Assembly (NCBI GenBank): GCA_050998315.1
Contig: JBPCQG010000116.1
Location: 1-43,170, forward strand
Length of the DNA: 43,170 bases
DNA from: Chitinophagaceae bacterium
GTDB lineage: Bacteria; Bacteroidota; Bacteroidia; Chitinophagales; Chitinophagaceae
Direction: 5' to 3'
Shown: positions 1 through 8,961 of the stretch, piece after piece
Position numbering within the stretch: the first letter of the stretch is position 1
Layout of the letters: each line of letters begins with the position of its first letter
Position numbers and translations under genes: made by a program
Notes under the pieces: generated by a model
Seen by the model: only the letters and a program-made list of their open reading frames with translations
Told to the model about the DNA's origin: nothing
Database searches by the model: none

Positions 1-1
1 G

Positions 2-1225
2 CAGGGCATTGAGCAAAGCATTGTGAAGCGCTGCAGTCAATTATGTACAGGCAGACATGTATTATGCATACAGGATACCACAGAGTTTAATCTGTCTGCT
101 CAACGAGGCCGCATCAAAGAACAAAGCGGCTTGGGAAAGACAGCCAATAATGATGTATTGGGATTTATGCTTCACAGCAGTTTGGTAATAGACGCCCATG
201 TGGGAAGTGCTTTGGGATATTCTTATATCAAGGCATGGCAAAGACAGGAAGACGCCCCTGACCGTTACCAGCGCAACTATCAGCACTTACCCATTGAACA
301 GAAGGAATCTTATAAGTGGATAGAAGCAACTAATCAAAGTAAACAATTGTTGCAGCAAGCCAAAACAATAACCATTGTTGCTGACAGAGAAAGTGACATA
401 TACGATTTATTGGCTGCCGTTGATGGAGAACAAACTCACTTAGTTATTCGCTCCAATTTTAATCGTAAAATATCCGGTGGAAGTAAACTGGTGGATTATC
501 TGGACAGCTTACCTGCAATGCATGAATATGATTTATTTATCAGGGGAGACGTAAGAAAAAATATAGAGAAACGAACAGCCCACATAGGATTAAAATGGGG
601 CAAAGTTGATATACTTAAATCAGAAAAGTGTAATGACAGACAAGCGCCACCTGCTAAAGAGATGCATGTGGTGGAAGCTTGTGAAATGCACAAATCAAAG
701 GGCATCTATTGGCGCATCCTTACCACCCATCCTGTAACAACAGCGCAGGAGGCAATGCAAATTATCGAATGGTATAAACAACGATGGTATATTGAACAAA
801 TACACCGGTTGTTAAAAACGGAAGGCTTCCGTATAGAACGTTCACAATTAGAACAAGGTTGGGCCATCAGAAAACTAACCATGCTGGCCATGATGGCAAC
901 GCTGCGAATATTACAAATGATGTTGGCTTATGAAGATGATCATGAACAACCGATTGATGAAGTGTTTGATAAAGAGCAACAACAATGTTTAACAATGATG
1001 AACCTGCAACTGGAAGGCAAGACAAGTAAATTAAAAAATCCATCCCGAAAAAGCACATTGAAATGGGCAACCTGGATAATAGCCCGGGTAGGTGGATGGA
1101 AAGGATATCAATCGCAAAGAAAGCCCGGCCCAATTGTTTTACAAAAAGGATTGGCTAAATTCTACCACATGTATGAAGGATGGTGTATGTATCAAAAATT
1201 CTCAAAAGATGTGTCCACACCGTAG
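2..1225 (+). CDS. IS4-family DDE transposase, N-terminus truncated by the window edge
   Basis: Motifs IQDTT (D), VADRESD (D), Y..RW.IE..HR..K (YREK) and a Tn5-like C-terminal GGW...PG. The frame is open back to position 2. Confidence 0.92.
   Translation, partial: QGIEQSIVKRCSQLCTGRHVLCIQDTTEFNLSAQRGRIKEQSGLGKTANNDVLGFMLHSSLVIDAHVGSALGYSYIKAWQRQEDAPDRYQRNYQHLPIEQKESYKWIEATNQSKQLLQQAKTITIVADRESDIYDLLAAVDGEQTHLVIRSNFNRKISGGSKLVDYLDSLPAMHEYDLFIRGDVRKNIEKRTAHIGLKWGKVDILKSEKCNDRQAPPAKEMHVVEACEMHKSKGIYWRILTTHPVTTAQEAMQIIEWYKQRWYIEQIHRLLKTEGFRIERSQLEQGWAIRKLTMLAMMATLRILQMMLAYEDDHEQPIDEVFDKEQQQCLTMMNLQLEGKTSKLKNPSRKSTLKWATWIIARVGGWKGYQSQRKPGPIVLQKGLAKFYHMYEGWCMYQKFSKDVSTP
1207..1225 (-). repeat. Right terminal inverted repeat of the IS
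   Basis: AGATGTGTCCACACCGTAG overlaps the transposase stop. The left IR is not in the window. Confidence 0.7.
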
Positions 1226-1245
1226 CCGGGGCTTTGGGGAGGTTT

Positions 1246-2403
1246 TTATTCAGCCCAGCTCATTACATAATTTTCGTCCTCAATTTCCAGTGCTTCTTTT
1301 GTAAGCTGCAAAGGATGAAATGTGTCTACCATTACAGCAAGTTCTTTAGTTTCTTTTGCTCCTATGCTTTTATCAACAGCTCCCGGATGTGGTCCATGAG
1401 GGATACCTCCCGGATGTAAGGTTATCATTCCTCTTGTAACATTTTTGCGGCTCATAAAGTCTCCATCAACATAATATATCAATTCATCACTATCAATATT
1501 GCTGTGATTATATGGAGCAGGTATTGCCAAAGGATGATAATCAAATAACCTGGGTACGAAAGAGCACACGACAAAATTATGTGCTTCAAAAGTTTGGTGT
1601 ACAGGCGGCGGTTGATGAACCCGACCTGTTATCGGTTCAAAATCGTGAATTGAAAATGCATAAGGATAACAACATCCATCCCATCCCACAACATCAAATG
1701 GATGATGTAAATAATGTATGCCATACATCATTCCTTTCTTTTTTGTCATGATAAGAAAATCTCCTTTTTCATTTATCGTTAGCAAATTTTGAGGAGGACG
1801 AATATCTCTTTCGCAGTAAGGAGAGTGTTCCATCAATTGCCCGTACCTGCTTAAATATTTTTTGGGAAAACGAATTGGGCTGAAAGACTCTACAATAAAC
1901 AGTCGGTTATCTTCATTTGCAAATTCTATTTGACAAATGGTGCCTCGTGGCAGCATTAGATAATCACCATAGCCAAATTGTAATTCACCATATTGTGTTT
2001 TAAAAACACCACTTCCTTCATGTACAAAAATCATTTCATCTGCATCAGCATTTTTGTAAAAATAGTCTTTCATACTTCCCTGCGGAGCAGCCAAAACAAT
2101 ATGACAATCATTATTAACTAAAACCGGTTTGCGACTTTTTAAAAAATCTTTTTGCGGCTTTATTTTAAATCCCTGGAAACTTCTGTGCTTAAGCATTTTT
2201 TCTTCAGCAATATTAGGAGTTACATCAAAAGGTTTTTCAGTTTTTATTATTTGGGTAGGTGGATGGTTATGATAAAGCAATGAATAATCTGACGAGAATC
2301 CTTCTGTTGAAAATAATTGTTCCGAATAGAGTGTACCATCAGGTTTTCTGAATTGTGTGTGACGTTTATGTGGAATAGAACCTGCTTTATAATACTGGGG
2401 CAT
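1246..2403 (-). CDS. hmgA: Homogentisate 1,2-dioxygenase
   Basis: HPFDVVGWDG, HQPPPVHQTF, PYNHSNIDSDE and HPGGIPHGP motifs. Confidence 0.93.
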   Translation of the reverse strand: MPQYYKAGSIPHKRHTQFRKPDGTLYSEQLFSTEGFSSDYSLLYHNHPPTQIIKTEKPFDVTPNIAEEKMLKHRSFQGFKIKPQKDFLKSRKPVLVNNDCHIVLAAPQGSMKDYFYKNADADEMIFVHEGSGVFKTQYGELQFGYGDYLMLPRGTICQIEFANEDNRLFIVESFSPIRFPKKYLSRYGQLMEHSPYCERDIRPPQNLLTINEKGDFLIMTKKKGMMYGIHYLHHPFDVVGWDGCCYPYAFSIHDFEPITGRVHQPPPVHQTFEAHNFVVCSFVPRLFDYHPLAIPAPYNHSNIDSDELIYYVDGDFMSRKNVTRGMITLHPGGIPHGPHPGAVDKSIGAKETKELAVMVDTFHPLQLTKEALEIEDENYVMSWAE

Positions 2404-2414
2404 GTTTCAATTTT

Positions 2415-2510
2415 AGACTTACGATGTCGAAGTACGATGTATTAATCCTGTGTAAATTTAATCATATTTGCTTTTATAAACATCGTACATCTTACCTCGT
2501 AAGTCGTACA
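2415..2510. repeat. Heptamer tandem repeats (ACATCGT-type) in two inverted blocks around the divergent promoter region
   Basis: Left block agactt-acgatgt-cgaagt-acgatgt (2415-2440); right block acatcgt-acatctt-acctcgt-aagtcgt (2480-2507). Confidence 0.65.
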
Positions 2511-2519
2511 TATCTACTC

Positions 2520-3011
2520 ATGACTAAAATAGGACTCATATCAGATACACATCATTATCTTGATGAACAAATTTTTGAGCATTTTAAAAACTGTGATGAA
2601 ATATGGCATGCAGGCGATTTTGGAACAAGCGAAATTCCGGATAAATTAAAAAAATTCAAACTATTAAAAGGTGTGTATGGAAATATAGATGGTTATGATA
2701 TAAGAAGTGTTTATCCTGAAAAATTAAGATGGAAGTGCGAGGAGGTGGAAGTGATGATGACACATATCGGTGGTTATCCACCAAATTATAATTCTGCGGT
2801 AAAAAAAGAATTGGCTGCAAATCCTGCACAGCTTTTTATTTGTGGGCATTCACATATTTTAAAAGTAATGTATGATGCCAGGCTTCAATGCCTGCACATG
2901 AATCCCGGTGCTGCCGGCAGACAGGGATGGCATAAAATAAGAACAATAATCCGCTTCGCAATTGATGGAAAAGAAATTAAAGATTGTGAAGTAATTGAGT
3001 TGGGTAAATAA
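2520..3011 (+). CDS. Metallophosphoesterase (YfcE/MJ0936 family)
   Basis: ISDTH, HAGD, GNID, GHSH and NPG motifs. ATG 2520 is preferred over the ORF-track start, which runs through repeats. Confidence 0.88.
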   Translation: MTKIGLISDTHHYLDEQIFEHFKNCDEIWHAGDFGTSEIPDKLKKFKLLKGVYGNIDGYDIRSVYPEKLRWKCEEVEVMMTHIGGYPPNYNSAVKKELAANPAQLFICGHSHILKVMYDARLQCLHMNPGAAGRQGWHKIRTIIRFAIDGKEIKDCEVIELGK

Positions 3012-3036
3012 AATTTTCCGTAAAAAATTAGCCACT

Positions 3037-3044
3037 TAAATTTG
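3037..3044 (+). promoter_or_regulatory. Bacteroidota sigmaA -7 box (TAAATTTG)
   Basis: Exact TAnnTTTG, 5 nt upstream of ATG 3050. Confidence 0.5.
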
Positions 3045-3049
3045 TGCTG

Positions 3050-3853
3050 ATGAATCCTCCCTCTTATATCTTTTTTTATTTTGTGATTATAATTTTATTT
3101 TCTTGTAACAATACTGAAGAACAAGTTTCGGTTTCATCATCTAATAAAATTGAGGAGGCAGAACAATTAAAACAGGTAGTTGCAAAGTATCCCGACTCTC
3201 TTTTACTTGTAGAAAAACTAATTCAATATTACAGGGACAACGGTTCTTATGATTCGGCGCTTGCGATTACCGGTAACGCTCTTAAAAATGCGCCAGGAGT
3301 AGCCGGTCTTTGGAATATAAAAGCCACACTTCACTTTGAAAATGAGGACACCATTAATGCCATCAAATCTTTTGAAAAAGCAATTGATATATTTCCCTTG
3401 CCAGAATACATAATTTCTTTAGGAACGATTTATGCGCAAACAAAAAACCCAAAAGCATTAATCCTTGCAGATGCATTAGCGGGTGCAGATAAAGCAAAAG
3501 CAGTAAAGGAAGCGTTCTTTATAAAAGGATTGTATTATAATTATACCGGCGATAAAAAAAAGGCAATAGCTTTATTTGACAGTTGCATTAGGTTGGATTA
3601 TACATATATTTTTGCATACAGGGAAAAAGCAATTGCTTTGTATGACCAGGGAAAGTATGAAGATGCTTTAAAGGTTTTAGAAAGAGCGGTGACCATTCAA
3701 AATAATTTCGATGAAGGATATTACTGGATTGGAAACTGCTACAAAAAGCTAAATAAAAAAGAAGAGGCGATACAGAGCTATCATACAGCGTTGATGTATG
3801 ATAAGGATTTTATTGAGGCGAGGGATTCTTTAAAAACAATTGAAGGGAAGTAA
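3050..3853 (+). CDS. Tetratricopeptide-repeat lipoprotein
   Basis: Hydrophobic N-terminus with lipobox ILFSC, followed by multiple TPR-like helices. Confidence 0.8.
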   Translation: MNPPSYIFFYFVIIILFSCNNTEEQVSVSSSNKIEEAEQLKQVVAKYPDSLLLVEKLIQYYRDNGSYDSALAITGNALKNAPGVAGLWNIKATLHFENEDTINAIKSFEKAIDIFPLPEYIISLGTIYAQTKNPKALILADALAGADKAKAVKEAFFIKGLYYNYTGDKKKAIALFDSCIRLDYTYIFAYREKAIALYDQGKYEDALKVLERAVTIQNNFDEGYYWIGNCYKKLNKKEEAIQSYHTALMYDKDFIEARDSLKTIEGK

Positions 3854-3880
3854 TGGTCAATAGTCAGTATGTCAATGGTC
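3852..3880 (+). repeat. Heptamer tandem repeat (AATGGTC-type)
   Basis: aatggtc-aatagtc-agtatgtc-aatggtc. Confidence 0.55.
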
Positions 3881-3947
3881 ATTTCGTAAAAAACCGAATG
3901 CCTTAATGTCCCATGACTGAAATCAGAATGAATAAAAAAATAGATAC

Positions 3948-4592
3948 ATGATTGTAGCTCCGTCATTATTGGCATCAAATTTTTTAAAGCTTTCAGATGA
4001 ATGTCAAATGCTCAATGAAAGCGAAGCCGATTGGTTTCACCTCGATGTGATGGATGGTCGTTTTGTTCCCAACATAAGTTTTGGGATACCGGTGATTGAG
4101 CAAATAAGAAAAGCAACTTCCAAAATTTGTGATGTTCATTTAATGATAATTGAGCCCGAAACTTTTGCAGAAGCATTTAAGAAAGCCGGCGCTGATATTC
4201 TTACAGTACATTATGAAGTCTGCAAACACCTGCATAGAAATATTCAGCAAATAAAATCATTGGGAATGCAGGCTGGCATAGCAATAAACCCGCACACAAG
4301 AGTTGAACTGTTACGGGATATATTACTCGATGTTGACGTGGTTTTGATCATGAGTGTTAATCCTGGGTTCGGCGGACAGAGTTTTATTCCACACACACTG
4401 GAGAAAATAAGAGCTATGCGTAAAATGGTCAATGAATTAAATCTGGATGTAAAAATTGAAGTGGATGGCGGAGTGAGTCTGGAAAATGCAAAACAAATTG
4501 TTGAAGCTGGCGCAGACGTTTTGGTTGCAGGAAATGCCATCTTCAAGTCAGCAGATCCCAAACAAATAATTCATCAATTGAAAGCTTTATAA
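3948..4592 (+). CDS. rpe: Ribulose-phosphate 3-epimerase
   Basis: HLDVMDGRFVPN, DVHLMI, MSVNPGFGGQ and EVDGG motifs. Confidence 0.97.
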   Translation: MIVAPSLLASNFLKLSDECQMLNESEADWFHLDVMDGRFVPNISFGIPVIEQIRKATSKICDVHLMIIEPETFAEAFKKAGADILTVHYEVCKHLHRNIQQIKSLGMQAGIAINPHTRVELLRDILLDVDVVLIMSVNPGFGGQSFIPHTLEKIRAMRKMVNELNLDVKIEVDGGVSLENAKQIVEAGADVLVAGNAIFKSADPKQIIHQLKAL

Positions 4593-4604
4593 GATTCACA
4601 CAGC

Positions 4605-5342
4605 ATGTCAAAGGATCTGTTTTCGAGGCATGCAGAAGGCTATGCGAAGTATCGCCCTGTTTACCCAAAAGAATTGTTCGATCACATTCTTCAATTTGTC
4701 AGGGAAAAAAATACTGTATGGGATTGCGCTACGGGTAATGGTCAGGCTGCGGTTGCATTAGCCCTTCATTTTAAAAAAGTGATTGCGACTGACATCAGCG
4801 AAAAACAATTAGCTCTTGCAAAGCCTTATGCAAATATTCAATATCAAATTGCTACCGCGGAGCAAACAAATTTCCCCACCAACTCATTTGATCTTATTAC
4901 GGTTGCACAGGCATATCATTGGTTTAAATTTGAGGTGTTTGAAAAAGAAGTAAAAAGAGTTGCTAAAAAAGATGCTGTTATTGCAGTATGGGGTTATAAT
5001 TTAATGTCAACAAATGAGGCTGAGATTGATGCATTGATAAAAAAATTTTATACTGAAACCATAGGTCTTTACTGGGATAAAGAAAGAAAATATGTAGATG
5101 ATAATTACAACAATGTGCCTTTTAATTTTAAACCGCTACCAACAAAAGAATTTTTTATCAATACTGAATGGAGTAAAGATGATCTTATTGGTTATTTAAA
5201 TTCATGGTCTGCAGTGCAGCATTTTATTAATGATAAAAAATATAACCCTGTTGATGATATCATCATCGATCTTGATCTTTTGTGGAAAGATGTAAAGGGT
5301 GTTTCCTTTCCATTGTTTTTAAAGCTGGGAAGAGTAGAGTGA
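4605..5342 (+). CDS. Class I SAM-dependent methyltransferase
   Basis: YRPxYP, WDCATGNGQ and DLITVAQAYHWF motifs. Confidence 0.88.
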   Translation: MSKDLFSRHAEGYAKYRPVYPKELFDHILQFVREKNTVWDCATGNGQAAVALALHFKKVIATDISEKQLALAKPYANIQYQIATAEQTNFPTNSFDLITVAQAYHWFKFEVFEKEVKRVAKKDAVIAVWGYNLMSTNEAEIDALIKKFYTETIGLYWDKERKYVDDNYNNVPFNFKPLPTKEFFINTEWSKDDLIGYLNSWSAVQHFINDKKYNPVDDIIIDLDLLWKDVKGVSFPLFLKLGRVE

Positions 5343-5361
5343 AAGACTTTGTGATAATAGA

Positions 5362-5392
5362 TTTGCTATTCCACCACACTTTTTTATATTTG
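5362..5392 (+). promoter_or_regulatory. Bacteroidota sigmaA promoter (-33 TTTG, -7 TATATTTG)
   Basis: TTTG at 5362-5365, 19-nt spacer, TATATTTG at 5385-5392, upstream of ATG 5419. Confidence 0.7.
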
Positions 5393-5418
5393 GTAAACCT
5401 TAATTTAAAATAATCATT

Positions 5419-5691
5419 ATGCCAAAGTTTGTAATTGAAAGAGAAATTCCCGGAGCCGGGAAACTCACTGCCGAACAGTTAAAAGGTATTTCACAAACCT
5501 CCTGCGGAGTATTAAGTAAAATGGGTCCGCAAATACAGTGGGTGCATAGTTATGTAACTGATGATAAAATTTATTGCATCTATAATGCACCAAATGAGGA
5601 AATGGTTCGTGAGCATGCAAAGCAAGGAGGATTTCCTGCAAATTCTGTTAGCAAAGTCTCTGCTGTTATAGACCCGGTAACCTCTGAATAA
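5419..5691 (+). CDS. DUF4242 family small protein
   Basis: MPKFVIER...SYVT.DKIYCIY.AP....VREHA..GGFPA pattern typical of DUF4242. Confidence 0.8.
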   Translation: MPKFVIEREIPGAGKLTAEQLKGISQTSCGVLSKMGPQIQWVHSYVTDDKIYCIYNAPNEEMVREHAKQGGFPANSVSKVSAVIDPVTSE

Positions 5692-5713
5692 TTTCGTACC
5701 TAAACTATACCGA

Positions 5714-6466
5714 ATGATCCCACTAAGCGATGATGATTCAGACAGAACAAGAACTCCATTTGTAAATTATTTATTTATTGCTATCAATATTCTTGTTTTT
5801 GTTTTATACCAAAAGCTTGGCAGCAATATTGATTTCACCTATAGTTACTCTGCCGTGCCTGCTGAAATTTTGAGCGGTCATGATATAGTTACCCAACCTG
5901 TATGGGTACAGGATCCCCTAAGCGGGAAACAGGTTCAGATGCCCGGTTTAGGTATTACTGCTATACCTGTTTGGTTCACTCTAATTACATCAATGTTTAT
6001 GCACGGAGGTTTTGCTCACCTTGGTGGTAATTTGCTTTATTTATGGGTGTTTGGTGATAACCTGGAAAACAGGTTAGGGCATGTTCGCTACTTTTTCTTT
6101 TACCTTTTATGCGGCATCATTGCATCACTTACTCATGTATTTACAGAATATATTTTTAGTGCAAATCATTTGATACCCAGCCTTGGCGCTTCAGGCGCAA
6201 TATCCGCTGTAATGGGAGGTTACCTGTTACTTTTTCCTACTAAAAGAGTTACCGTATTTTTTATTTTCACTTTGATAAGTGTGCCTGCATTTATTGTTTT
6301 AGGTTCGTGGATATTGTTACAGGTTGCCAATGGTATGGGATATTTAGGGGGAAGCGAAGCAAGCGGAATTGCCTATGCTGCTCATATTGGTGGATTTATT
6401 GCCGGATTGCTTTTAATAAAAAGGTTTCATCCCAGGGATAACTTAACATTCTATAAAAGGAGATAA
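5714..6466 (+). CDS. Rhomboid family intramembrane serine protease
   Basis: H(x4)HxxxN, GASG and AHIGG motifs with transmembrane helices. Confidence 0.93.
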   Translation: MIPLSDDDSDRTRTPFVNYLFIAINILVFVLYQKLGSNIDFTYSYSAVPAEILSGHDIVTQPVWVQDPLSGKQVQMPGLGITAIPVWFTLITSMFMHGGFAHLGGNLLYLWVFGDNLENRLGHVRYFFFYLLCGIIASLTHVFTEYIFSANHLIPSLGASGAISAVMGGYLLLFPTKRVTVFFIFTLISVPAFIVLGSWILLQVANGMGYLGGSEASGIAYAAHIGGFIAGLLLIKRFHPRDNLTFYKRR

Positions 6467-6569
6467 GTAATTTGGATACCAGCTTCAGTTTTTCATAGCA
6501 TAATCGTTGCGTCGCAGGCACTTCATCAGCATACCATTGGGCAACATTTATTAAATGGATTCAAATCAG

Positions 6570-7550
6570 TTATCTCTCTGTAAACTTATCAATCAGCTCC
6601 ATAACCTTTACACCTTCTTCAGCGCTGCATGGGTTAGTACCTTTATCCAAAAAATAGTCAACTACTTTTTCAATCATAGGTTGTTGCACATGTTGGAGCC
6701 TTTCAAATAAAAAGTTTTCTTTTTTTCCTTCTACACTCATGGTAATTTTTGGCTCTCCAAAAACAGAGAACTGTATTTTTCCTTTACTGCCAATAATTTC
6801 ACAACTGTCTTTGTCTTCATTTTCATCAACATTAAAACACCAGAAGCCACTAAACAATACGCCGGTTTTAAATAAAATATTTCCTGTAACAATATCATCA
6901 GCATTATATAGCCCCGCCTGGTTTAGTGCAAAGCCATGGGCTTTATCAACGTCTCCAAAAAAATAATACATAAGGTCAAGCTGATGTGGAGCAAGGTCAT
7001 GAAATAACCCGCCTCCGGCAATGGTAGCATCTACCCTCCATGCGTTCTTAGGAATTTGAAGTTCTTCTTTTGTAAGAGATTTGGTATAAAACTCCAGTCT
7101 CGCAGAACGTATTTCACCAATTAAGTTTTCAGCCGAGAGTTGTTTTATCTTTTTAAATAATGGCTGCTCACGGCGGTAATGTGCTACCACCAGTTTTACT
7201 CTATTTTCCCGTGCTGCCATCATCATGTTATGTGCCGATGCAGCATTTATTGACATTGGTTTTTCTACATAAACAGGTTTGCCTGCATTCAGTGCAGCGG
7301 TTGCGTATTCTTCATGCGAGGAAGGCGGAGTTGCAATGTAAATTGCATTAACGTCAGCATCATTGATTAGGCTATCGGCATCAGCATACCACTTCGGAAC
7401 ATTGTGTCTGCGGGCATAATCTTTTGCTTTCTCTGCATCCCTGCGCATAACAGCAACGAGAGAAGAATTTTTTACTTTGTTAAAAGCAGGTCCGCTTTTT
7501 ATTTCTGTAACATCTCCGCAACCAATAATGCCCCAGTTCATTTTATTCAT
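6570..7550 (-). CDS. Gfo/Idh/MocA family oxidoreductase
   Basis: WGIIGCG, VYVEKP and GGG...DLAPHQLD motifs. Confidence 0.9.
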   Translation of the reverse strand: MNKMNWGIIGCGDVTEIKSGPAFNKVKNSSLVAVMRRDAEKAKDYARRHNVPKWYADADSLINDADVNAIYIATPPSSHEEYATAALNAGKPVYVEKPMSINAASAHNMMMAARENRVKLVVAHYRREQPLFKKIKQLSAENLIGEIRSARLEFYTKSLTKEELQIPKNAWRVDATIAGGGLFHDLAPHQLDLMYYFFGDVDKAHGFALNQAGLYNADDIVTGNILFKTGVLFSGFWCFNVDENEDKDSCEIIGSKGKIQFSVFGEPKITMSVEGKKENFLFERLQHVQQPMIEKVVDYFLDKGTNPCSAEEGVKVMELIDKFTER

Positions 7551-7677
7551 GAAATTTATTTGTTATTTCTCTTTTAATACTGTCTTGTATTTGGTGTGCA
7601 CCAGAATCCATACATTTAAATATATAATTTGTTGCCGATAACTTCATCGAAGAAGTTAAACGAATCTAAGGTTTACT

Positions 7678-8898
7678 ATGAAAAAAATATTTACCAACCT
7701 TACCTTCTGGGTGCTGACAGCAATTTCTGCAGGTGCATTGCTAGGGTACGTAGCACCGGACACTGCAGTAAAAATGCAGCCACTCGGTAAATATTTTATA
7801 GAAGTTGTAAAGCTTTTTATTTCTCCTCTTATATTTTTGACCATAACCCTTGGAATTAGCGGGATGAGCAGTTTAAAGAAAGTGGGGAAGGTTGGCGGCA
7901 AAGCAATTATCTATTTTGAGATTGTTACTACCCTTGCCTTGATAATCGGCGTAATAGTGGTTAACATTATCAAGCCGGGCAATGGTGTTGCGCTGTCAGC
8001 TGTAAAAAGCGATATATCACAATACACTACACAGGCGCAAAGCTTTAGCTGGTGGCAGTTCTTAAAAGATAATATCACCATACAGGTGTTGTTAGTCGCA
8101 ATTTTATTTGGAATACTTTTAAGTAAATATAATGGGAGGCAAAAAATAATTCAGCCACTTTCTCTTATTTCAAAATATGTTTTTAAGGCATTGCATTTGG
8201 TAATGCTGTTAGCACCTATTGGGGCTTTTGGTGGAATGGCTTACACAATAGGTAAGTATGGTCTGCATACTTTACTGCCATTGGGTAAACTTATGCTTAC
8301 AGTTTACATAACCATGGCGGTATTTATTTTTGTTATACTTCGGTTCATCCTTCAGTATTATAAAATAAGTCTCTGGAGTTTTTTAAAATATATTAAAGCA
8401 GAACTGCTGATAGTTTTAGGTACCTCCTCTTCTGAAGCTGCTTTGCCATCGCTAATGGAAAAACTTGAAAAAATGGGTTGTTCCAAATCTGTTGTGGGTT
8501 TGGTAGTGCCTGCAGGTTATTCTTTTAATCTGGACGGCACTACCATTTATCTCTCAATGGCTATATTTTTTTTAGCACAGGTGTATAATGTACATCTTAG
8601 CTTAGCGCAGGAAATGACGATCATTGGGATATTAATGATCACATCAAAGGGTGCTGCAGGCGTTACAGGCAGTGGTTTTGTTGTTCTGGCCTCTACACTA
8701 ACTGCTATAAAAGTTATCCCGGTGGAGGGTTTAGCTTTACTGCTGGGAGTTGACAGGTTTATGAGTGAAGCACGGTCTGTCACAAACTTTATCGGTAACG
8801 GTGTGGCCACCGTCTTTCTTGCCAATAATGAAAAAGAATTTGATCGAAAGAAAATGAAAAAAGCTTTTAATTATGATGAAGATAATAGACAGATTTAG
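7678..8898 (+). CDS. Dicarboxylate/amino acid:cation symporter (DAACS, DctA-like)
   Basis: TSSSE, GYSFNLDG, SKGAAGVTG and DRFMSEAR motifs. Confidence 0.92.
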   Translation: MKKIFTNLTFWVLTAISAGALLGYVAPDTAVKMQPLGKYFIEVVKLFISPLIFLTITLGISGMSSLKKVGKVGGKAIIYFEIVTTLALIIGVIVVNIIKPGNGVALSAVKSDISQYTTQAQSFSWWQFLKDNITIQVLLVAILFGILLSKYNGRQKIIQPLSLISKYVFKALHLVMLLAPIGAFGGMAYTIGKYGLHTLLPLGKLMLTVYITMAVFIFVILRFILQYYKISLWSFLKYIKAELLIVLGTSSSEAALPSLMEKLEKMGCSKSVVGLVVPAGYSFNLDGTTIYLSMAIFFLAQVYNVHLSLAQEMTIIGILMITSKGAAGVTGSGFVVLASTLTAIKVIPVEGLALLLGVDRFMSEARSVTNFIGNGVATVFLANNEKEFDRKKMKKAFNYDEDNRQI

Positions 8899-8961
8899 TA
8901 AGTGTAAATTTTTGACTTATTTTAGATCATGATGTAAAACGCCCCAAATTAAAAGCAAAAA

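Larger units (their letters stand above)
1..1225 (+). mobile_element. IS4-family (IS50/Tn5-like) insertion sequence, 5' part outside the window
   Basis: Transposase ORF ends inside a 19-bp terminal sequence (1207-1225). Its reverse complement, CTACGGTGTGGACACATCT, resembles the Tn5 end pattern (CT...ACACATCT). Confidence 0.85.

Noticed and set aside
7592-7603. TGGTG-TG-CACCA palindrome between divergent genes
   Set aside because: Single short palindrome that could arise by chance.
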